NCBI GenBank assembly: GCA_964016885.1
Contig: OZ024741.1
Span: 1,550,001 to 1,614,000 of the forward strand
Length of the DNA: 64,000 bases
DNA from: Eledone cirrhosa
Lineage: Eukaryota
Direction: 5' to 3'
The notes under the pieces were generated by a model. That model searched no databases and was not told the DNA's origin. It was given only the letters and a program-made list of their open reading frames with translations. The position numbers and the translations under genes were made by a program. Positions 56,001-64,000 of the stretch are shown one piece after another; the first letter of the stretch is position 1; the number at the start of each line of letters is the position of its first letter.

Positions 56001-59000
56001 ATACAGTTACCAGAACAATGGCTGCCATATACAGCTACCAGAACACTGTTTGCCATATACAGCTACCAGAACAATGGCTGCCATATGCAGCTACCAGAAC
56101 ACTGGCTGCCATATACAGCTACCAGAACACTGGCTGCCATATATAGCTACCAGAACACTGGCTGCCATATACAGCTACCAGAACAATGGCTGCCATATAT
56201 AGCTACCATGGCTGCCATATACAGCTACCAGAAAAATGACTGCCATATACAGCTACCAAAACACTGGATGCCATATACAGCTACCAGAACACTGTTTGCC
56301 ATATACAGCTATCAGAACACTGGCTGCCATATACAGCTATCAGAACAATGGCTGCCATATACAGCTACCAGAATACTGGCTGCCATATACAGCTACAAGA
56401 ACACTGGCTGCCATATACAGCTATCAGAACACTGGCTGCCATATACAGCTACCAGAACACTGGGTGCCATATACAGCTACCAGAACAATGGCTGGCATAT
56501 ACAGTTACCAGAACAATGGCTGCCATATACAGCTACCAGAACACTGGCTGCCATATACCGCTACCAGAACACTGGCTGCCATATACAGCTACCAGAACAC
56601 TGGCTGCCATATACAGCTACCAGAACACTGGCTGCCATATACAGCTACCAGAACACTGGCTGCCATATACAGCTACCAGAACACTGGCTGCCATATACAG
56701 CTACCAGAACACTGGCTGCCATATACAGCTACCAGAACAATGGCTGCCATATACTGCTACCAGAACACTGTTAGCCATATACAGCTACCAGAACACTGGC
56801 TGCCATATACAGCTACCAGAACACTGGCTGCCATATACAGCTACCAGAACACTGGCTGCCTTATACAGCTACCAGAACACTGGCTGCCATATACAGCTAC
56901 CAGAACAATGGCTGCCATATACAGCTACCAGAACAATGGCTGCCATATACAGTTACCAGAACAATGGCTGCCATATACAGCTACCAGAACACTGGCTGCC
57001 ATATACAGCTACCAGAACACTGGCTGCCATATACATCTACTAGAACACTGGCTGCCATTTACAGCTACCAGAACACTGGCTGCCATATACAGCTACCAGA
57101 ACACTGGCTGCCATATAAATCTACCAGAACAATGGCTGCCATATACAGCTACCAGAACACTCTTTGCCATATACAGCTACCAGAACAATGGCTGCCATAT
57201 ACAGCTACCAGAACACTCGTTGCCATATAAAGCTACCAGAACAATAGCTGCCATATAGAGCTACCAGAACACTGGCTGCCATATACCGCTACCAGAACAC
57301 TGGCTACCATATACAGCTACCAGAACACTGGCTGCCATATACAGCTACCAGAACAATGGCTGGCATATGCAGCTACCAGAACACTGGCTGCCATATACAG
57401 CTACCAGAACACTGGCTGCCATATATAGCTACCAGAACACTGGCTGCCATATACAGCTACCAGAACAATGGCTGCCATATACAGCTACCATGGCCGCCAT
57501 ATACAGCTACCAGAAAAATGACTGCCATATACAGCTATTAGAACACTGGATGCCATATACAGCTACCAGAACAATGGCTGCCATATACAGCTACCAGAAC
57601 ACTGGCTGCCATGTACAGCTACTAGAACAATGGCTGCCATATACAGCTACCACAACGCTGGCTGCCATATACAGCTACCAGAACACTGTTTGCCATATAC
57701 AGCTACCAGAACAATGGCTGCCATATACAGCTACCAGAATACTGGCTGCCATATACAGCTACCAGAACACTGGCTGCCATATACAGCTACCAGAACACTG
57801 GCTGCCATATACAGCTACCAGAACACTGTTTGCCATATACAGCTATCAGAACACTGGCTGCCATATACAGCTATAAGAACAATGGCTGCCAAATACAGCT
57901 ACCAGAACACTGGCTGCCATATACAGCTACAAGAACACTGGCTGCCATATACAGCTAACAGAACAATGGCTGCCATATACAGCTACCAGAACACTGTCTG
58001 CCATATACAGCTACCAGAACACTGGCTGCCATATACAGCTACCAGAACAATGGCTGCCATATACAGCTACCAGAACACTGGCTGCCATATACAGCTACCA
58101 GAACAATGGCTGCCATATACAGCTACCAGAATACTGGCTGCCATATACAGCTACCAGAATACTGGCTGCCATATACAGCTACCAGAACACTGGCTGCCAT
58201 ATACAGCTACCAGAACACTGGCTGCCATATACAGCTACCAGAACAATGGCTGCCATATACAGCTACCAGAACAATGGCTGCCATATACAGTTACCAGAAC
58301 AATGGCTGCCATATACAGCTACCAGAACACTGTTTGCCATATACAGCTACCAGAACAATGGCTGCCATATGCAGCTACCAGAACACTGGCTGCCATATAC
58401 AGCTACCAGAACACTGGCTGCCATATATAGCTACCAGAACACTGGCTGCCATATACAGCTACCAGAACAATGGCTGCCATATACAGCTACCATGGCTGCC
58501 ATATACAGCTACCAGAAAAATGACTGCCATATACAGCTACCAAAACACTGGATGCCATATACAGCTACCAGAACACTGTTTGCCATATACAGCTATCAGA
58601 ACACTGGCTGCCATATACAGCTATCAGAACAATGGCTGCCATATACAGCTACCAGAATACTGGCTGCCATATACAGCTACAAGAACACTGGCTGCCATAT
58701 ACAGCTATCAGAACACTGGCTGCCATATACAGCTACCAGAACACTGGGTGCCATATACAGCTACCAGAACAATGGCTGGCATATACAGTTACCAGAACAA
58801 TGGCTGCCATATACAGCTACCAGAACACTGGCTGCCATATACCGCTACCAGAACACTGGCTGCCATATACAGCTACCAGAACACTGGCTGCCATATACAG
58901 CTACCAGAACACTGGCTGCCATATACAGCTACCAGAACACTGGCTGCCATATACAGCTACCAGAACACTGGCTGCCATATACAGCTACCAGAACACTGGC

Positions 59001-62000
59001 TGCCATATACAGCTACCAGAACAATGGCTGCCATATACTGCTACCAGAACACTGTTAGCCATATACAGCTACCAGAACACTGGCTGCCATATACAGCTAC
59101 CAGAACACTGGCTGCCATATACAGCTACCAGAACACTGGCTGCCTTATACAGCTACCAGAACACTGGCTGCCATATACAGCTACCAGAACAATGGCTGCC
59201 ATATACAGCTACCAGAACAATGGCTGCCATATACAGTTACCAGAACAATGGCTGCCATATACAGCTACCAGAACACTGGCTGCCATATACAGCTACCAGA
59301 ACACTGGCTGCCATATACATCTACTAGAACACTGGCTGCCATTTACAGCTACCAGAACACTGGCTGCCATATACAGCTACCAGAACACTGGCTGCCATAT
59401 AAATCTACCAGAACAATGGCTGCCATATACAGCTACCAGAACACTCTTTGCCATATACAGCTACCAGAACAATGGCTGCCATATACAGCTACCAGAACAC
59501 TCGTTGCCATATACAGCTACCAGAACAATGGCTGCCATATAGAGCTACCAGAACACTGGCTGCCATATACCGCTACCAGAACACTGGCTACCATATACAG
59601 CTACCAGAACACTGGCTGCCATATACAGCTACCAGAACAATGGCTGGCATATGCAGCTACCAGAACACTGGCTGCCATATACAGCTACCAGAACACTGGC
59701 TGCCATATATAGCTACCAGAACACTGGCTGCCATATACAGCTACCAGAACAATGGCTGCCATATACAGCTACCATGGCCGCCATATACAGCTACCAGAAA
59801 AATGACTGCCATATACAGCTATTAGAACACTGGATGCCATATACAGCTACCAGAACAATGGCTGCCATATACAGCTACCAGAACACTGGCTGCCATGTAC
59901 AGCTACTAGAACAATGGCTGCCATATACAGCTACCACAACGCTGGCTGCCATATACAGCTACCAGAACACTGTTTGCCATATACAGCTACCAGAACAATG
60001 GCTGCCATATACAGCTACCAGAATACTGGCTGCCATATACAGCTACCAGAACACTGGCTGCCATATACAGCTACCAGAACACTGGCTGCCATATACAGCT
60101 ACCAGAACACTGTTTGCCATATACAGCTATCAGAACACTGGCTGCCATATACAGCTATAAGAACAATGGCTGCCAAATACAGCTACCAGAACACTGGCTG
60201 CCATATACAGCTACCAGAACACTGGCTGCCATATACAGCTACCAGAACACTGGCTGCCATATACAGCTATAAGAACACTGGCTGCCATATACAGCTAACA
60301 GAACAATGGCTGCCATATACAGCTACCAGAACACTGTCTGCCATATACAGCTACCAGAACACTGGCTGCCATATACAGCTACCAGAACAATGGCTGCCAT
60401 ATACAGCTACCAGAACACTGGCTGCCATATACAGCTACCAGAACAATGGCTGCCATATACAGCTACCAGAATACTGGCTGCCATATACAGCTACCAGAAT
60501 ACTGGCTGCCATATACAGCTACCAGAACACTGGCTGCCATATACAGCTACCAGAACACTGGCTGCCATATACAGCTACCAGAACAATGGCTGCCATATAC
60601 AGCTACCAGAACAATGGCTGCCATATACAGTTACCAGAACAATGGCTGCCATATACAGCTAACAGAACACTGTTTGCCATATACAGCTACCAGAACAATG
60701 GCTGCCATATGCAGCTACCAGAACACTGGCTGCCATATACAGCTACCAGAACACTGGCTGCCATATATAGCTACGAGAACACTGGCTGCCATATACAGCT
60801 ACCAGAACAATGGCTGCCATATACAGCTACCATGGCTGCCATATACAGCTACCAGAAAAATGACTGCCATATACAGCTACCAAAACACTGGATGCCATAT
60901 ACAGCTACCAGAACACTGTTTTCCATATACAGCTATCAGAACACTGGCTGCCATATACAGCTATCAGAACAATGGCTGCCATATACAGCTACCAGAATAC
61001 TGGCTGCCATATACAGCTACAAGAACACTGGCTGCCATATACAGCTATCAGAACACTGGCTGCCATATACAGCTACCAGAACACTGGGTGCCATATACGG
61101 CTACCAGAACAATGGCTGGCATATACAGTTACCAGAACAATGGCTGCCATATACAGCTACCAGAACACTGGCTGTCATATACCGCTACCAGAACACTGGC
61201 TGCCATATACAGCTACCAGAACACTGGCTGCCATATACAGCTACCAGAACACTGGCTGCCATATACAGCTACCAGAACACTGGCTGCCATATACAGCTAC
61301 CAGAACACTGGCTGCCATATACAGCTACCAGAACACTGGCTGCCATATACAGCTACCAGAACAATGGCTGCCATATACTGCTACCAGAACACTGTTAGCC
61401 ATATACAGCTACCAGAACACTGGCTGCCATATACAGCTACCAGAACACTGGCTGCCATATACAGCTACCAGAACACTGGCTGCCTTATACAGCTACCAGA
61501 ACACTGGCTGCCATATACAGCTACCAGAACAATGGCTGCCATATACAGCTACCAGAACAATGGCTGCCATATACAGTTACCAGAACAATGGCTGCCATAT
61601 ACAGCTACCAGAACACTGGCTGCCATATACAGCTACCAGAACACTGGCTGCCATATACATCTACTAGAACACTGGCTGCCATTTACAGCTACCAGAACAC
61701 TGGCTGCCATATACAGCTACCAGAACACTGGCTGCCATATAAATCTACCAGAACAATGGCTGCCATATACAGCTACCAGAACACTCTTTGCCATATACAG
61801 CTACCAGAACAATGGCTGCCATATACAGCTACGAGAACACTCGTTGCCATATACAGCTACCAGAACAATAGCTGCCATATAGAGCTACCAGAACACTGTT
61901 TGCCATATACAGCTACCAGAACAATGGCTGCCATATGCAGCTACCAGAACACTGGCTGCCATATACCGCTACCAGAACACTGGCTACCATATACAGCTAC

Positions 62001-64000
62001 CAGAACACTGGCTGCCATATACAGCTACCAGAACACTGGCTGCCATATACAGCTACCAGAACAATGTCTGCCATATACAGCTACCAGAACAATGGCTGCC
62101 ATATACAGTTACCAGAACAATGGCTGCCATATACAGCTACCAGTACACTGTTTGCCATATACAGCTACCAGAACAATGGCTGCCATATACAGCTACCAGA
62201 ACACTGGCTGCCATATACAGCTACCAGAACACTGGCTGCCATATATAGCTACCAGAACACTGGCTGCCATATACAGCTACCAGAACACTGTTTGCCATAT
62301 ACAGCTACCAGAACAATGGCTGCCATATACAGCTACCACAACACTGGCTGCCATATAGAGCTACCAGAACACTGTTTGCCATATACAGCTACCAGAACAA
62401 TGGCTGACATATACAGCTACCAGAACAATGGCTGCCATATACAGCTACCAGAACACTGGCTGCCATGTACAGCTACTAGAACAATGGCTGCCATATACAG
62501 CTACCAGAACACTGGCTGCCATATACAGCTACCAGAACACTGGCTGCCATATACAGCTACCAGAACAATGGCTGCCATATACAGCTACCAGAACAATAGC
62601 TGCCATATACAGCTACAAGAACACTGGCTGCCATATACAGCTACCAGAATACTGGCTGCCATATACAGCTACCAGAACAATGGCTGCCATATACAGCTAC
62701 CAGAACACTGGCTGCCATATACAGCTACCAGAACAATGGCTGCCATATACAGCTACCAGAACACTGGCTGCCATATACAGCTACCAGAACACTGGCTGCC
62801 ATATACAGCTACCAGAACAATGGCTGCCATATACAGCTACCAGAACAATGGTTGCCATACACAGCTACCAGAACACTGGCTGCCATATACAGCTACCAGA
62901 ACAATGGCTGCCATATACAGCTACCAGAACAATGGCTGCCATATACAGCTATCAGAACACTGGCTGCCATATACAGCTACCAGAACACTAGCTGCCATAT
63001 ACAGCTACCTGAACACTGGCTGCCATATACAATTACCAGAACACTGGCTGCCATATACAGCTACCAGAACAATGGCTGCTATATACAGCTAACAGAACAA
63101 TGGCTGCCATATACAGCTACCAGAACACTGGCTGCCATATACAGCTATCAGAACAATGGCTGCCATATACAGCCACCAGAACACTGGCTGCCATATACAC
63201 TAACACAACAATGGCTGCCATATACAGCTACCAGAAGAATGGCTGCCATATACAGCTACCAGATCAATGGCTGCCATATACAGCTACCAGAACAATGGCT
63301 GCCATATACAGCTACCAGAACACTGGCTGCCATATACAGCTACCAGAACACTGTTTGCCATATACAGTTACCAGAAAACTGGATGCCATATACAGTTACC
63401 AGAACAAAGGCTGCCATATACAGCTACCAGAACACTGGCTGCCATATACAGCTACCAGAACACTGGCTGCCATATACAGCTACCAGAACAATGGCTGGCA
63501 TATACAGTTACCAGAACAATGGCTGCCATATACAGCTGCCAGAACACTGGCTGCCATATACCGCTACCAGAACACTGGCTGCCATATACAGCTACCAGAA
63601 CACTGGCTGCCATATACAGCTACCAGAACACTGGCTGCCATATACATCTACTAGAACACTGGCTGCCATATACAGCTACCAGAACACTGGCTGCCATATA
63701 CAGCTACCAGAACACTGGCTGCCATATAAAGCTACCAGAACAATGGCTGCCATATACAGCTACCAGAACACTCTTTGCCATATACAGCTACCAGAACAAT
63801 GGCTGCCATATACAGCTACCAGAACACTGGCTGCCATATACAGCTACCAGAACACTGGCTGCCATATACAGCTACCAGAACACTGTTTGCCATATACAGC
63901 TACCAGAACAATGACTGCCATACACAGCTACCAGAACACTGGCTGCCATATACAGCTACCAGAACAATTGCTGCCATATACAGCTACCATGGCTGCCATA
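41097..64000. repeat. 28-bp satellite array (~820 monomers, continues past the window end)
   Basis: Consensus cagctaccagaaca(c/a)tggctgccatata, single orientation, no insertions seen; recurrent 22-bp deletion variant. Confidence 0.99.

Noticed and set aside
40921-63914. Dozens of long ORFs (up to 892 aa) with a MAAIYSYQNTGCHIQLPEHWLPYTATR repeat
   Set aside because: Translation of a stop-free 28-bp monomer; the same peptide appears in all three frames and stops are scattered.
41097-64000. CRISPR array (28-bp repeat length)
   Set aside because: Monomers are contiguous with no unique spacers, no cas genes are present, and the context is eukaryotic.

Overview
Repeat-dense eukaryotic DNA with no supportable host gene. 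It is probably cephalopod/octopus, inferred from SINE fragments resembling octopus tRNA-derived SINEs and from the microsatellite load. Bases 1-41 kb are a nested set of mostly decayed mobile elements: non-autonomous Helitrons (two joined head-to-tail), about eight L1/Tx1-type LINE copies stacked in tandem at (ATT)n or (TCTA)n microsatellites, one R4/Dong-type LINE with an intact C-terminal ORF, RTE and mariner remnants, MITEs, SINEs and Penelope-like elements (PLEs). One PLE (RT + GIY-YIG) is bracketed by ~1.19-kb inverted repeats carrying a hammerhead-like motif. Bases ~41.1-64 kb are a single 28-bp satellite array with layered higher-order repeats (3168, 2284 and 1304 bp); its long ORFs are artefacts. 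All family assignments come from motif recognition by eye, with no database searches, and boundaries are approximate unless stated as exact.
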